DNA of 64,000 bases from Deinococcus sp. (GTDB taxonomy: Bacteria; Deinococcota; Deinococci; Deinococcales; Deinococcaceae), in contig OZ253375.1 in the NCBI GenBank assembly GCA_965261005.1, forward strand, positions 1,664,001 to 1,728,000. Direction: 5' to 3'. The notes beneath the pieces were generated by a model. It searched no databases. It was not told the DNA's origin and saw only the letters and a list, made by a program, of their open reading frames with translations. Positions within the stretch are counted from its first letter, which is position 1. Every line of letters starts with the position of its first letter. The translations under genes and the position numbers were made by a program. Positions 19,996-32,440 of this stretch are shown piece after piece.

Positions 19996-21410
19996 TCAAA
20001 TCCCCGCGCTTCGCCCGCCGCGCCACATGTCGTCCAGCTTCTCGCCGTAAAACTTGTCAATCGAGTCTTTGCTCAGGCGGGTGAGCTGGCTTTGCGGCAG
20101 CTTGGAGAGGATGCCCCAAGCGACCGTCAGGCTGTCATCGATGGAGCGGTCCTGGTTGCCTTGCCCGATGAAGTAGGTCTCGAAGTCGTCGGCGAAGCGC
20201 AGGTAGAGCTTGTCGGTCTCGGTCAGGGCGTCCTCGCCGGTGATGGCGACCAGCTTGCGCAAATCGAGGCCGTTGGCGTAGGCGGCGAACAGCTGGTCCG
20301 AGACGTTCTTGTGGTCGGCGCGGGTCTTGCCCTTGCCGATGCCGTTGCCTTGTAGCCGCGAGAGGCTGGGCAGCGGGTTGATGGGGGGATAGATACCCTT
20401 AGCGTTCAGCCCCCGGTCCACCACGATCTGGCCCTCGGTGATGTAGCCGGTGAGGTCGGGAATCGGGTGGGTGATGTCGTCGTCGGGCATGGAGAGAATC
20501 GGCAGCTGCGTGACCGAGCCGGGCTTGCCCTCGATCACGCCGGCGCGCTCGTAGAGGGAGGCCAGGTCGGTGTACATGTAGCCGGGAAAGCCGCGCCGCC
20601 CCGGAATCTCCTCGCGGGCGCCGCCGATCTCGCGCAGCGCCTCGCAGTAGTTGGTCAGGTCGGTCAGGATCACCAGGACGTGGTAGCCCTGCTCGAAGGC
20701 CAGGTACTCGGCGGTCGTGAGGGCCATGCGCGGCGTCAGCAGCCGCTCGACGGCCGGGTCGTCCGCCTTGTTGAGGAACAGCACGCTTCTTGCCAGGGCG
20801 CCGGTGCGCTCGAACTCCTGGGTGAAGAAGCTGACCTCGCGCTGGGTCAGGCCCATCGCCGCGAACACGACCGCGAAGTCGCCCTCGTGGCCCGGTACCT
20901 TGGCCTGACGGGCGATCTGGGCGGCCAGCTCGTTGTGCGGCAAACCCGATCCCGAGAAGATCGGCAGCTTTTGGCCGCGGATGAGCGAGGTGTTCACGTC
21001 AATGGTGGAGATGCCGGTCTGGATGAACTCCTCGGGCTTGGCGCGGGCGGCCGGGTTCATGGCCTGGCCGTTGATGGAGACGCGCTTCTCGGCGATCACG
21101 GCGGGCAGGCCGTCAATGGGGCGCCCCAGGCCGTCGAAGCGCCGCCCGATCATGTCCCTGGAGACGCCCAGACGGGCCACGTCCTCGACGAGGGAGATGC
21201 TGGCCGTAGCCAAATCCAGGCCGCGGGTGTCCTCGAAGATCTGTACGACGGCGTGCTCGTTGGAAACCTCGATCACCTGGCCGCCGCGCACCCGCCCGGC
21301 CCCGTCGCGGATGTCCACGATGGCGCCGTAGGCGAGGTCCGCCGCCGCGTTCACGAACAGCAGCGGGCCGGAGATGTAGGCGACGTCGTTGTATTCCTTT
21401 TTGAGAAGGG

Positions 21411-21414
<4 letters not shown>
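19996..21414 (-). CDS. atpB: V/A-type ATP synthase subunit B
   Basis: [46 protein letters not shown]. Confidence 0.97.
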
Positions 21415-23207
<1,793 letters not shown>

Positions 23208-23309
23208 GAAGTCTCCTAGAAAAAGCGCCCGGCCGTCAGCCATGAGAGGGCGGGGCGGGGGCGGGCTAGAAATCTGCACTGAAAGCTGAACTGCTGGACG
23301 CTGATCAGC

Positions 23310-23672
23310 TTATAGCTTGATGTCGAAGCCGATGGTGTCGCGCACCAACTTGCCCATGTAGGCCTTCGCGTCCACCGTCTCGCTCGAAAAGGCGTCCCGC
23401 AGGCTCGGCACCGGCAGGATGATGGGCAAATCGCGCCCGCGCATGGCGCGCTCGACCGCCGCGTTCGGGTCGGGGAGCAGGCCGGTGTCCACCGCGACCA
23501 AGCCGTAGCGGCCCGAGGTGACCAGCGCCTCCAGCTCCTGCGCGGCGCTTTCCGGGGTGGCGACGATCACCTCCACGCCGGCCAGGCGGTAGCCGGTGGC
23601 GGTCTCCGAGTCGGCCAGCACGGCGACACGCTGAGTATTCCCTGATTGGGTATTTCCGCTCGGTGTGGTCAT
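23310..23672 (-). CDS. V/A-type ATP synthase subunit F
   Basis: VAVLADSETATGYRLAGV, VRDTIGFDIKL. Confidence 0.93.
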   Translation of the reverse strand: MTTPSGNTQSGNTQRVAVLADSETATGYRLAGVEVIVATPESAAQELEALVTSGRYGLVAVDTGLLPDPNAAVERAMRGRDLPIILPVPSLRDAFSSETVDAKAYMGKLVRDTIGFDIKL

Positions 23673-24655
23673 TCCGAGATCACCTCCCGCCGCAACTGAT
23701 CCGCCGGCAGGCCGTAGAACTTGCCGCGCCCGATCAGGCGCACCTGGGCGATCTCGATCTCCTTGCGGCGCAGAAAATCTATGGCGACGCCCACGCCCAG
23801 GGGATCGCCCATTGAGACGTCGCGGGCAGCCCCGTCGAGTAAGCGCCGTGCGGCAACCTCGGCCTCCTCCAGGGTAGATGCGTCCACAATGGGGCCGAGG
23901 TCGCCGGCCGCCCCGGTGTCGCCGCTCGTGAGGCGCGCGAAGCCGGCGGCGTCAATGGTGCGCCCGCCGGGCACGAACACGTCGGTGCCGGCAGACGCCT
24001 CGCCGCGCAGGGTGCGGGCCGTCAGGGCGTTGTTCACGTCAATTTCGCGCGACAGGTAGCGCCGCAGGGCGGTGCCGCGCGCCACCCGCAACGCTTGGCG
24101 GTAATACCCCTGGTCGAGGGCCACCTCCAAGTCGAGCAGGCGGCCCGACTGGGTGTAGGCCGCCACGCCGTCGCGAAAAGCCCCCGCCAGCGGGTGCCCG
24201 CTGAGGGTGATGGCCTGCGCCGCGCTGCCCAAGTCGCCGCCGTTCGCCGCCGCCGCGAGGGCGGCCGGCTTGAGGGTGCCGCCGGGAATCAAGCTGGCCT
24301 GAATGCCCTCGGAGGGGCGACCGGCGGTGATGCCGCGCGCCAAGGTCTTGAGGTTGGTGAGGTCCCACTTCTCCAGCAGGACGCCGATCTCGTTTCTGGC
24401 CTCGCCGTCGGCCAGACGCACCACCTTGTTGGCGGCGCCGAAGAAGTTGCGCGACAAGGCCGCGTCCAGTTCGGGCAAACCCGCCCCCTGTGCGGTGGCG
24501 TCGCCGAGGTCGGCCGACAGGTCGCTTTCGCTGAGGACGCGCAGAAACTCTTGGTAACTCTGCGCCTCTAGGGCGGCCCCCAACTGGCGGCCGTCCAGCA
24601 GTTGATTGCGCATCACCTTGATGCGCGCGTTGATGTAGCCGTAGTCGTCGGGCAA
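23669..24655 (-). CDS. V/A-type ATP synthase subunit C
   Basis: DDYGYINARIK, WDLTNLKTLARG, VRLIGRGK; operon position. Confidence 0.93.
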   Translation of the reverse strand: MPDDYGYINARIKVMRNQLLDGRQLGAALEAQSYQEFLRVLSESDLSADLGDATAQGAGLPELDAALSRNFFGAANKVVRLADGEARNEIGVLLEKWDLTNLKTLARGITAGRPSEGIQASLIPGGTLKPAALAAAANGGDLGSAAQAITLSGHPLAGAFRDGVAAYTQSGRLLDLEVALDQGYYRQALRVARGTALRRYLSREIDVNNALTARTLRGEASAGTDVFVPGGRTIDAAGFARLTSGDTGAAGDLGPIVDASTLEEAEVAARRLLDGAARDVSMGDPLGVGVAIDFLRRKEIEIAQVRLIGRGKFYGLPADQLRREVISE

Positions 24656-24679
24656 GGGTCTCTCCCTACTGAATCTTTG

Positions 24680-24720
24680 CTCCCCTCTCCCCTTGCGGGA
24701 AAGGGGCCGGGGGTGAGGGG
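24680..24720 (-). repeat. Intergenic palindromic repeat, copy 3 (between subunit E and C genes)
   Basis: Differs from copy 2 at a single position. Confidence 0.85.
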
Positions 24721-24750
24721 TTCCTCACCAGCCCACCTACTCTGGCTCAC

Positions 24751-25308
24751 CTACTCCGAAAGCAGCTTGGCGATTTGCGGCGCCAGCGTGCCGCGCACCC
24801 GCTCCAAGCGCCCGGACAGCGTGTTGGTGATGCCGCTCTTGCCGCTCTGAGCGACCGCACGCACGCCGCCGGAGATGGCCGGGTTCCCCTGCACCGTGAG
24901 GTCGGGGGCGATCTGCTGCGCCAGGGCCACGTCGCCGGGGTTGACCTCCAGCACTTCAACATTCCCGAGGGCGCCGCGCGCCTCTTTAATGAGGCGCGAC
25001 AGAATCTCGCGGTACTCGGGGGCCTTGACCACGTCGCGCAATTGCCCCTCGGCCAGCTCAAAGGCGCGCCTCAGGCCGCTTTCGCCCGCGTTGAGGCGGA
25101 CCGCCGACATCTCCAAATCGGCGGCCGAGCGGGCGCGGGTCAGGGCGGCCGTGCGCTGCGCGTTCAGGGTGCGCTCACGGTTCTCGGTCAGGGTTTGGGC
25201 GCGGGCCTTTGCTCCCTCGACGATCTCGCGCGCCCGCGCCTGCCCCCCCTCACGCACCCGCTCGATCTCGGCGCGCGCCTCGTTTTCGAGCATCGTGTCG
25301 AGTTGCAC
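24751..25308 (-). CDS. V/A-type ATP synthase subunit E
   Basis: N-terminal coiled coil, ISGGV..ITNTLSGRL; operon position. Confidence 0.92.
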   Translation of the reverse strand: MQLDTMLENEARAEIERVREGGQARAREIVEGAKARAQTLTENRERTLNAQRTAALTRARSAADLEMSAVRLNAGESGLRRAFELAEGQLRDVVKAPEYREILSRLIKEARGALGNVEVLEVNPGDVALAQQIAPDLTVQGNPAISGGVRAVAQSGKSGITNTLSGRLERVRGTLAPQIAKLLSE

Positions 25309-25311
25309 GGC

Positions 25312-25626
25312 TCAGGTGGCCAAACCGGGAATCAAAAAGGCGATCAGCAAGCCGAAAATCACCAGGGTTTCGGGAATCACAATGAGAATCAGCATCTGGC
25401 CGAACTTGCTGGAGTCCTCGGCAATCGCGCCCGCAGCGGCAGCGCCGATGCGGCCCTGCGCGATGCCCGCGCCAATCGCGCCCAGACCAATCGCCAGACC
25501 CATCCCGACCCCGATCAGGCCGCGGCGCAGCCCGTCGTCGCCGAGGGCGGCGACCGTGCCGGCTTCCTGCGCGAAGCCGAAGGAGACGAGGGCGAGAGCG
25601 AACAAGGCAATCAGGTATTTGAACAT
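25312..25626 (-). CDS. V/A-type ATP synthase subunit K (proteolipid)
   Basis: Gly/Ala-rich hairpin with IPETLVIFG carrying the ion-binding Glu. Confidence 0.95.
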   Translation of the reverse strand: MFKYLIALFALALVSFGFAQEAGTVAALGDDGLRRGLIGVGMGLAIGLGAIGAGIAQGRIGAAAAGAIAEDSSKFGQMLILIVIPETLVIFGLLIAFLIPGLAT

Positions 25627-25707
25627 AACTTTCCTCCCAGAATTCGGATGAACAACTTCGGATCAACAGCTTGAGTGGAGAACGACCCTCCACCTTCCCG
25701 GTCCCAC

Positions 25708-27720
25708 TCAGCGGTCGGGACTCAGACGGCGAAACGGCGCGTAGCGTGGACTCGCTCCTTCATAAAAACCGGTGCGCGTTAGAAACTCGACGTAGTTGAG
25801 TCGCAACGGCTGCAACACGTGGCCGATAATGGTGAACAGCACCGCAAGCGCATGGATCAGGAGCGAGACGATCAGCCCGAGAATGGCGCCGAGCACGCCG
25901 TAGCTTTCGTATAAACTCCAGCCCGAGTCGGTGGCAAGACGTGCCAGCACCGCCGACGCGAGTCCCACCGCGAACAGCCGGCTGTACGACAGCAGCGCCC
26001 CGCCGTTGGAGATGATCTCCAGAATCATCATGGGTACACGCGACAGCGCCAAACCCAGCAGAAACACCACAAAGCCCAGGTACATCACCACGTTGACAGA
26101 GGCGATCACGGGATCGCCGAAGTTGACCAGGGCGCCGAAGCCCGCTTGTAGGTAGACGTAGCTCAGCGCGATCAGGCCGATGAGGCCGCCGAGCATGCCC
26201 ACGGCCTCCCACATGTGCTGCGGCTCGCGCAACCTGGCGGTGATGCGAATGCGAATCAGCCAAGCCCACACCACCTGTACGATGCCGAAGAACAAGCTGA
26301 CCACCAGCACGGTCCCGACAAAGCTGGTCTCCAAGCGCGGAAACACGATGGGAATCAGGGCGCCCGTATTGTTGCCCTCCGCCAGCTCCGCGCTGCCGGG
26401 AATGTAAAAGACGTGCAAGTGTTCGAGCAGCGTCCCGAAGAACTCGCCGGTGGCAAATCCCCACACAATGCTCCAAAAGGCCATCCACTTCACGATGTAA
26501 CCCAGATCCGTCAAAGTGACCGGCGGGATACTGACACCCATCAGGCCGATGTTGAGCGGCTGCTGGCGGCGCGCCATGTTGCTCAGCGCGAAGCCCAGCC
26601 ACAGAATCAGCAGGCCGTAGGCGATGTCGGCGATGACAAAACCGAAAAAAAACGGAAAAAAGGCGCCAATGATTGGGGTGGGGTCGAAGGTGCCGTAGCG
26701 CGGCGGCGGAAACAGGCTCATCAAAGGCTGCATCCGCTTGAAGTAGCCCTCGTTTTTGAGTTCGACCGGCACGTCCTCGCCATGGTGCGCGTCGGCGGGC
26801 GTCAGCTCATAGCTCACGGCGTCGCCAAAACCGTCGAGAGCGCCACGCAACACGGGCACGCGGTCGTCAGGCACGTAACCGCGCAAGACCATGCTGTACT
26901 TGCCACGCGCCGCCAGCGTTTGCACGTCATAGAGGGCCAGTTCGTCGGCCAGGGCGTCGCGCACCGCATACAACTCGGGCGCGTGCCGCTCGCCCAGGGC
27001 GCGGCGCCCCTCCTCCAGCTCGTTCAGCTGCGCGCGGCCCCCCTCCTGCACGCGGGCCAGGGTCGCCGCCGCCTCGGACAGGCGCATCCCGTCGAAGCGG
27101 CCCGGCAGGCGCAACTCGCCGAGGCGCGCCCTCGCGAGGGCGGCGCGCGCCCTCGGGTAGTCCTCGCTGAGAACGGCCACGATGCCGGCCGTCACGTTCC
27201 CGCCGGTAGGGGCGGTGTCCAGCGCGTAGCGGTCCTGAAGGTCGGCATTCAGGGCGCTTTGCAATTCACTCGTGTTCTCTCCGGCTGGCAGCACGAAGGG
27301 CAGCAGCGCGAGGCGTTTGCTGCGATCTAAGCCCCCGGCCAGATTCGCCAGGGTGCGCGACACGTCGGCGTAAGCGGCGCCCGCGTCGAGGTCGGCGCGC
27401 AGGTCGGCCATCCGCTTGCTGAGCCGTGAGGCCGGCTCGGCGGCGGCCTCGACCAACTCCTCCCAGCGCCCGCGCGGCGGGGGCGTGGGCAGCTCGGCGC
27501 GGCGGGCGCCCAGCTCGCTGAGGGTGCTCTCGGCGCGGGCGTAGAGCCGCTCGGCGGCCTTGCGGGCCTCGCCCTCCTCCCCGGTCAGGGCGCCGGTCGC
27601 CAGCGGCCCGCCCTCCATGGGGGTGAGGTGCAGCACGCCCGCATTTTGCAGGGCGGCGATCACCTGGCGGTTGTCACGCCTGCGCGCGGCGATCAAGACC
27701 TGCTGCATCCCGCTAATCAC
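25708..27720 (-). CDS. V/A-type ATP synthase subunit I
   Basis: DPTP..FFGFVIADIAYG, LSYSRLFAVGL, LRLNYVEF. Confidence 0.95.
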   Translation of the reverse strand: MISGMQQVLIAARRRDNRQVIAALQNAGVLHLTPMEGGPLATGALTGEEGEARKAAERLYARAESTLSELGARRAELPTPPPRGRWEELVEAAAEPASRLSKRMADLRADLDAGAAYADVSRTLANLAGGLDRSKRLALLPFVLPAGENTSELQSALNADLQDRYALDTAPTGGNVTAGIVAVLSEDYPRARAALARARLGELRLPGRFDGMRLSEAAATLARVQEGGRAQLNELEEGRRALGERHAPELYAVRDALADELALYDVQTLAARGKYSMVLRGYVPDDRVPVLRGALDGFGDAVSYELTPADAHHGEDVPVELKNEGYFKRMQPLMSLFPPPRYGTFDPTPIIGAFFPFFFGFVIADIAYGLLILWLGFALSNMARRQQPLNIGLMGVSIPPVTLTDLGYIVKWMAFWSIVWGFATGEFFGTLLEHLHVFYIPGSAELAEGNNTGALIPIVFPRLETSFVGTVLVVSLFFGIVQVVWAWLIRIRITARLREPQHMWEAVGMLGGLIGLIALSYVYLQAGFGALVNFGDPVIASVNVVMYLGFVVFLLGLALSRVPMMILEIISNGGALLSYSRLFAVGLASAVLARLATDSGWSLYESYGVLGAILGLIVSLLIHALAVLFTIIGHVLQPLRLNYVEFLTRTGFYEGASPRYAPFRRLSPDR

Positions 27721-28034
27721 GGCAGCACCGCCCGCAGAATGGTCTCGACCGCTTTGGAAAGCTTGCCCTCACTTCTCGAAGACGTGGCCTCGACCTCGCC
27801 CCGCACCTGTTGCTGGGCCTCGGCGCGGATGCGGCGGCCCTCCTCCGCCATTTCCGCTTCGCGCTCGCGCTGCATCTCCTGGGCGCGGCGCTCGGCGTCC
27901 TGCACAATGCGGGCGGCCTCGGCCTCGGCGGCCTCGATTTCACGCTCGACTTCCGCGCGGGCGACCTCAATCTGCCGATCGAGCGCCTGCTCGCGCTCGG
28001 CGAGTTCGCTCAGAATGCGACCCTTGGCGTCCAA
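27717..28034 (-). CDS. V/A-type ATP synthase subunit G/H
   Basis: Charged coiled coil, first gene of the operon, TTG start after a GAGGAGG RBS. Confidence 0.88.
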   Translation of the reverse strand: MDAKGRILSELAEREQALDRQIEVARAEVEREIEAAEAEAARIVQDAERRAQEMQREREAEMAEEGRRIRAEAQQQVRGEVEATSSRSEGKLSKAVETILRAVLP

Positions 28035-28292
28035 ATGCTTCCTCCTCTCCCTGACGGACACGTCCCTGATGAACCACGTCCCTGACAAACACGGCCTGAT
28101 GGACACGCTGACGCAGTTCATGGCGCCTCACCGGCGAGGTGGGGCGCTTGGGGCAAAAAAAGACCAAAATCCCTTCAAAAGCTCGACGTACCTCTGATAC
28201 ACGCGGTTGGTTGGGTCAAGCTCGGACGTAGCGTATCACACCGTTTCCGGCGCGCAAGGGGGACAATCTTCCCCCAAGTTTATGAAGGCCAC

Positions 28293-28338
28293 AAAAAAAG
28301 GGGCCGTCCCGCACGGTGAAAACGGGACAGCCCCTTTC
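28293..28338 (-). terminator. Intrinsic terminator after amt
   Basis: GGGGCTGTCCCG...CGGGACGGCCCC hairpin followed by a T run on the minus strand. Confidence 0.75.
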
Positions 28339-28359
28339 AGAAAGAAAACAGAAGAAAAT

Positions 28360-29688
28360 TTAGTCACCGCCCAGCAAGACCGGCGAGCCGAGGCTGCCCT
28401 CCTCGTCGCCGTAGCCCTGCTCCTGGTGGGCGCTGATGTCCACGCCGGCGGTCTCCTGGGCCGCGCTCAGGCGCAGGCCGCCGCCCACCAACTGAACCAA
28501 CTTGAGCAGCACAAAGGAGCCGACGCCCGCCAGAACGATGGTCGCCAGCACGCCGACCACCTGAATGCCCAGTTGACGCCAGTTGCCGTCGAGAACGCCC
28601 GAGCCGGCCGCGTTGTAAGCCTTTTGGGCGAACACGCCGGTGAGGAGGGCGCCGGTGATGCCGCCGACGCCGTGGCACGCGAACACGTCCAGCGCGTCGT
28701 CGGAGGCGAAGCGGTGCTTGAGCTGCACCGCCCAAAAGGCGGCCGTCGCGCCCAGGGCGCCCACCGCGATGGCCGAGAGGGGACTCACGAAGCCGCAGGC
28801 CGGCGTGATGGCGACCAGGCCCACCACCGCCCCGGTGGCGGCGCCCACGGCGCTGGGCTTGTTGCCGCGCACGACCTCCCACAGCAGCCACATCAGCATG
28901 GCGGCGGCGGTGGCGGTGTTGGTGGTGACAAAGGCGAGCGCGGCCGTCTGGTTGGCGCCCAGGGCGCTGCCGGCGTTGAAGCCGAACCAGCCGAACCACA
29001 GCAGGCCAGCGCCCAGCAATACGAAGGGGACGTTGTGCGGCACGGCGGCGCGCTTGCTGCTCGCCAGGCGCGGCCCGAGCACGAGCGCCGCGACCAGGGC
29101 CGACACCCCCGCCGAGATGTGGACCACCGTGCCGCCCGCGAAGTCGAGGGCGCCCAGCTTGTAGAGCCAGCCGTCGGCGGACCAGACCCAGTGGGCCAGC
29201 GGCGCGTAAATCAGCAGGCCCCACAGCGCGATGAACAGCGCGAAGGCGCCGAACTTCATGCGGTCCACCACCGCCCCGGAGATCAGAGCCGGCGTGATAA
29301 TGGCGAACATCGCCTGAAAGATCATGAAGACGTAGGCGGGAATGGTGCCGCTGAGGGTGCCGTTCAGCCCCGCGAGGCCGACGTTGCCGAGGCCACCCAC
29401 CAGCGCGTTGCCGCCCTCACCGAAGGCCAGGGTATAGCCCAGCAGCACCCAGGTCACGCCCACGATGCCGATGGCGATAAAGCTCATCATCATGGTGTTG
29501 AGGACCGTCTTGCCGCGCACCAGGCCCCCGTAGAAAAAGGCCAGGCCCGGCGTCATCAGCAGCACCAGGGCGCTGGAAGCCAGCATCCAGGCGGTGTCGC
29601 CGGTGTCGAGCTTGGGCGGCGCGGCGCTTTGGGCGAAGGCGCCGCCCAACAGCGCGAGGAACGTCAGGGGAAACAGCGCTCGTCTCAT
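28360..29688 (-). CDS. amtB: Ammonium transporter
   Basis: DTGDTAWML, DFAGGTVVH, LLWFGWFGFNAGS, DDALDVFACHG. Confidence 0.96.
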   Translation of the reverse strand: MRRALFPLTFLALLGGAFAQSAAPPKLDTGDTAWMLASSALVLLMTPGLAFFYGGLVRGKTVLNTMMMSFIAIGIVGVTWVLLGYTLAFGEGGNALVGGLGNVGLAGLNGTLSGTIPAYVFMIFQAMFAIITPALISGAVVDRMKFGAFALFIALWGLLIYAPLAHWVWSADGWLYKLGALDFAGGTVVHISAGVSALVAALVLGPRLASSKRAAVPHNVPFVLLGAGLLWFGWFGFNAGSALGANQTAALAFVTTNTATAAAMLMWLLWEVVRGNKPSAVGAATGAVVGLVAITPACGFVSPLSAIAVGALGATAAFWAVQLKHRFASDDALDVFACHGVGGITGALLTGVFAQKAYNAAGSGVLDGNWRQLGIQVVGVLATIVLAGVGSFVLLKLVQLVGGGLRLSAAQETAGVDISAHQEQGYGDEEGSLGSPVLLGGD

Positions 29689-29723
29689 ACGGACCTCCTG
29701 AAAGTGGCTCACTTGCCGACCAC

Positions 29724-30104
29724 TTACTTGCCGACGGGCGCCTTGTGCTTGCCGGCGGTCACGGGCGTGAGGGCCTCCACGTCCTGCTCGCCGGTGCGAA
29801 TGCGGATCACGCGCTCCAGGGCCTGCACGAAGATCTTGCCGTCGCCGACCTCGCCGGTGTAGGCGGCGCGGCGGATGGCCTCGATGGCGACGTCCACAAA
29901 AGGCTCGCTGACGGCCATCTTGAACTCCACCTTTTCGCGGAACTCGATCAGCACGCGGTTGCCACGGTACTGCTCGATGATCTCCTGCTCGCCGCCGTGA
30001 CCGCTCACCTTGGTCAGGGTCAGGCCGGAGATACCCGCCTGAAACAGGGCCTCCTTCACCTGCGGCACGCGCTCGGGCCGGACAACCGCCGTGATCAACT
30101 TCAT
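29724..30104 (-). CDS. glnK: P-II nitrogen regulator
   Basis: MKLITAVVRP, EQYRG, TGEVGDGKIFV, IRIRTGE; paired with amt. Confidence 0.95.
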   Translation of the reverse strand: MKLITAVVRPERVPQVKEALFQAGISGLTLTKVSGHGGEQEIIEQYRGNRVLIEFREKVEFKMAVSEPFVDVAIEAIRRAAYTGEVGDGKIFVQALERVIRIRTGEQDVEALTPVTAGKHKAPVGK

Positions 30105-30120
30105 ACGCCCTCCTGGCAAG

Positions 30121-30149
30121 AGGGTAGCGGCGGGATAGCGTGCTGTCAA
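30121..30149 (-). promoter_or_regulatory. Sigma-70 type promoter of glnK-amt
   Basis: TTGACA-17 nt-TACCCT on the minus strand. Confidence 0.75.
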
Positions 30150-30286
30150 CACGAATTTTGCATGTTGTCCAAATTTTAGTGAACAAAACGCCCGTTGGGT
30201 TGGGCTGTTCCAGAACAGAGGGGCGGATGACGACAGTTTGTTCCTCAAAAAGCTGACAGGGCGCAAGCCATCCGAAGAAGGCTCTC

Positions 30287-30700
30287 TTATCTGGTGCAGC
30301 TACCCTTTTGTGCAGCTATCCGGGCCTGCCAAGCGGCCAACACGAGTGGCAGGACGATCTCGATCACGGTCGCCGCGCGCATGACGGGATGGGGCGGGCC
30401 GACCGAACGCCACGCCAGCACCCGGCCCAGGCCGCCCAACACCAGCAAGGCGCCCACCTCGCGCACGGTTTTCCCCTCACGCTCGATGTCCGGCACGCTC
30501 CCCAGCAGCCGCAGCCCCGCCGCCGTCCAGAACACCGACAGGTAGCGCAGTTCGCCGTCTATGGGCGCGTCCCAGCGGCGCGCGCCGAAGATGGCCCGCC
30601 CGCCCAGCAGGTAGGCGGCCGGGCCGGTGACGAGGGGCAGCAGCGCCGTGGCGATCAAGGCGGCTTGCAGGGCGCGGCGCTCGGTGAGGGAAACGGGCAC
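30287..30700 (-). CDS. DUF4345-like membrane protein
   Basis: IDGELRYLSVFW..G, LVLGGLGRVLAW..G.PHP. Confidence 0.75.
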   Translation of the reverse strand: MPVSLTERRALQAALIATALLPLVTGPAAYLLGGRAIFGARRWDAPIDGELRYLSVFWTAAGLRLLGSVPDIEREGKTVREVGALLVLGGLGRVLAWRSVGPPHPVMRAATVIEIVLPLVLAAWQARIAAQKGSCTR

Positions 30701-30702
30701 GT

Positions 30703-31794
30703 TCAGCCCTTCAGGTAGGCGATCAGCAAGTCCAGCTCCGCGCGCAGATCCTTTTTGTGCACGCTTTCCACGATGGTGTGGATGTAGCGGGTGGGCAAAC
30801 TGAGGGTCACGCTCGGCACGCCGGCGCGCGAGCGCTGAATGGCGCCCGCGTCGGTGCCGCCGAGGGGCAGAACTTCCAGTTGGTAAGGAATCCCCTCGCG
30901 CTCGGCAAGTTCTACAAACTGGTCCACCAGCCAGCGGGTCGCGATCATGGAGCCGTCGAAGAGCTTGATGCCCACGCCCTCCCCCGCCTTGGTCACGGCC
31001 TCGTCGGGACCGACGCCGGGCGTGTCCACCGCCAGGGTCACGTCGAGCGCCACGCCAATGGTCGGCTCGACGCCGTAGGCGGCGGTCACGGCGCCGCGCA
31101 AGCCGACCTCCTCCTGCACCGAAAAGACCGCGTAGACATCGTGCTTGGGGGGACTGTCCCCCAAGGCGCGCAGCGCCTCGATCTGCACCCACACGCTGGC
31201 GCGGTCGTCCAGCGCCTTGCCCACCACGAAGTCGCCCACCTCGCGGCAGCTTTGGTCGAGGGTCACGCTGTCCCCGAGGCGCACGCGCCGTTTCACCTCG
31301 TCGGCCGCGAGGCCCAAATCCACAAAGAACTCGCGCAGCTCGGGCACCTTTTTGCGGTCCTCGGCGGAGGCGATGTGGACCGGGCGCCCCCCCGGCGTGA
31401 GGACGCCGGGCAGCGGACCTTCCGAGGTCCAGACCGTGACGTTGCGCGCGAACAAATTGCGGGTGTCGAAGCCGCCCAGGCTTTGCAGCCGCAGGTAGCC
31501 GTGCTCGTCCACGAACTTGACCATGAAGCCGATCTCGTCCAGGTGGGCGCTGAGCATCACCCGGCCCCGCTCGCCTTCAGGGGCGCCGCCGCGCTTGAGG
31601 GCGATCAGGTTGCCGAGGGCGTCCTCGCGCAGCTCGTCGGTCAGGCCCGCCAGCTCCGCACGCACCAGGTCGCGGACGTGCTCCTCACGGCCGGGCACGC
31701 CGTCAATGTCGGACAGGCGCTTGAGCAGGTCGAGGTTGGGCAGGTTCAGGCCGAATGAGTTCAGGCTGGATGAGTTCAGGCTGGGGTCGCTCAT
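30703..31794 (-). CDS. M42 family aminopeptidase
   Basis: SAHLDEIG, GKALDDR, VQEEVGLRGA, GGTDAG, RYIH. Confidence 0.94.
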   Translation of the reverse strand: MSDPSLNSSSLNSFGLNLPNLDLLKRLSDIDGVPGREEHVRDLVRAELAGLTDELREDALGNLIALKRGGAPEGERGRVMLSAHLDEIGFMVKFVDEHGYLRLQSLGGFDTRNLFARNVTVWTSEGPLPGVLTPGGRPVHIASAEDRKKVPELREFFVDLGLAADEVKRRVRLGDSVTLDQSCREVGDFVVGKALDDRASVWVQIEALRALGDSPPKHDVYAVFSVQEEVGLRGAVTAAYGVEPTIGVALDVTLAVDTPGVGPDEAVTKAGEGVGIKLFDGSMIATRWLVDQFVELAEREGIPYQLEVLPLGGTDAGAIQRSRAGVPSVTLSLPTRYIHTIVESVHKKDLRAELDLLIAYLKG

Positions 31795-31829
31795 GTGCAG
31801 AGCATAAGGCACGAAAAAGAAGCTGCGCT

Positions 31830-32438
31830 TTAGCCTTCGCCCGTCTGTTGCAGCGGGTCGGCCAGGTTGAGACGCAGGTCCGTCCCGTTAAAGGCCGCCT
31901 GCGCCGCCTCCAGCCCCTGGCCCGCCCAGGTGCGCGCCGCCCGCACGGCGAGGTCCACCAGTTGCTCCAGCGTCGCCTCCTCCTCCGGGCGCCACTTGGA
32001 GAGCACCCAGTCCACCACCTCCCAGCCTTGGGGCGGGCGCGAGATGCCCAGCTTGAGGCGGGTAAAGTTCTCACTGCCAAGGCGCGAAATGATGTCCTTT
32101 AACCCGTTCTGGCCGCCGCTGCGTCCGCCCCGCCGCAGCCGCAGCAGGCCGAAGGGCGAGTCGAGGTCGTCCTGCACCACCAAGAGATCGTTCAGGTCCA
32201 GCTTGTAGAAGCGGACCAGCGGCGCCACCGCCTCGCCCGAGCCGTTCATAAAGGTCTGCGGCTTGACGAGCAGCGTTTTCTGCGCGCCCAGCCGCACCTC
32301 GCACAGCTCGGCCTTGCCCTGGGTGCGCCAGGTGGCCCCAGTTTGACGGGCCACCTCGTCCACCACCAGCCAGCCGACGTTGTGGCGGCTGCGGGCGTAG
32401 AGAGGGCCGGGGTTGCCCAGGCCGACAATCAACTTCAA
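31830..32438 (-). CDS. pth: Peptidyl-tRNA hydrolase
   Basis: [29 protein letters not shown]. Confidence 0.96.
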   Translation of the reverse strand: MKLIVGLGNPGPLYARSRHNVGWLVVDEVARQTGATWRTQGKAELCEVRLGAQKTLLVKPQTFMNGSGEAVAPLVRFYKLDLNDLLVVQDDLDSPFGLLRLRRGGRSGGQNGLKDIISRLGSENFTRLKLGISRPPQGWEVVDWVLSKWRPEEEATLEQLVDLAVRAARTWAGQGLEAAQAAFNGTDLRLNLADPLQQTGEG

Positions 32439-32440
32439 AT

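Noticed and set aside
28360..30186. 608-aa extended Amt or GlnK-Amt fusion
   Set aside because: glnK is in a different frame with its own stop; amt has an AGGAGG RBS before ATG 29688.
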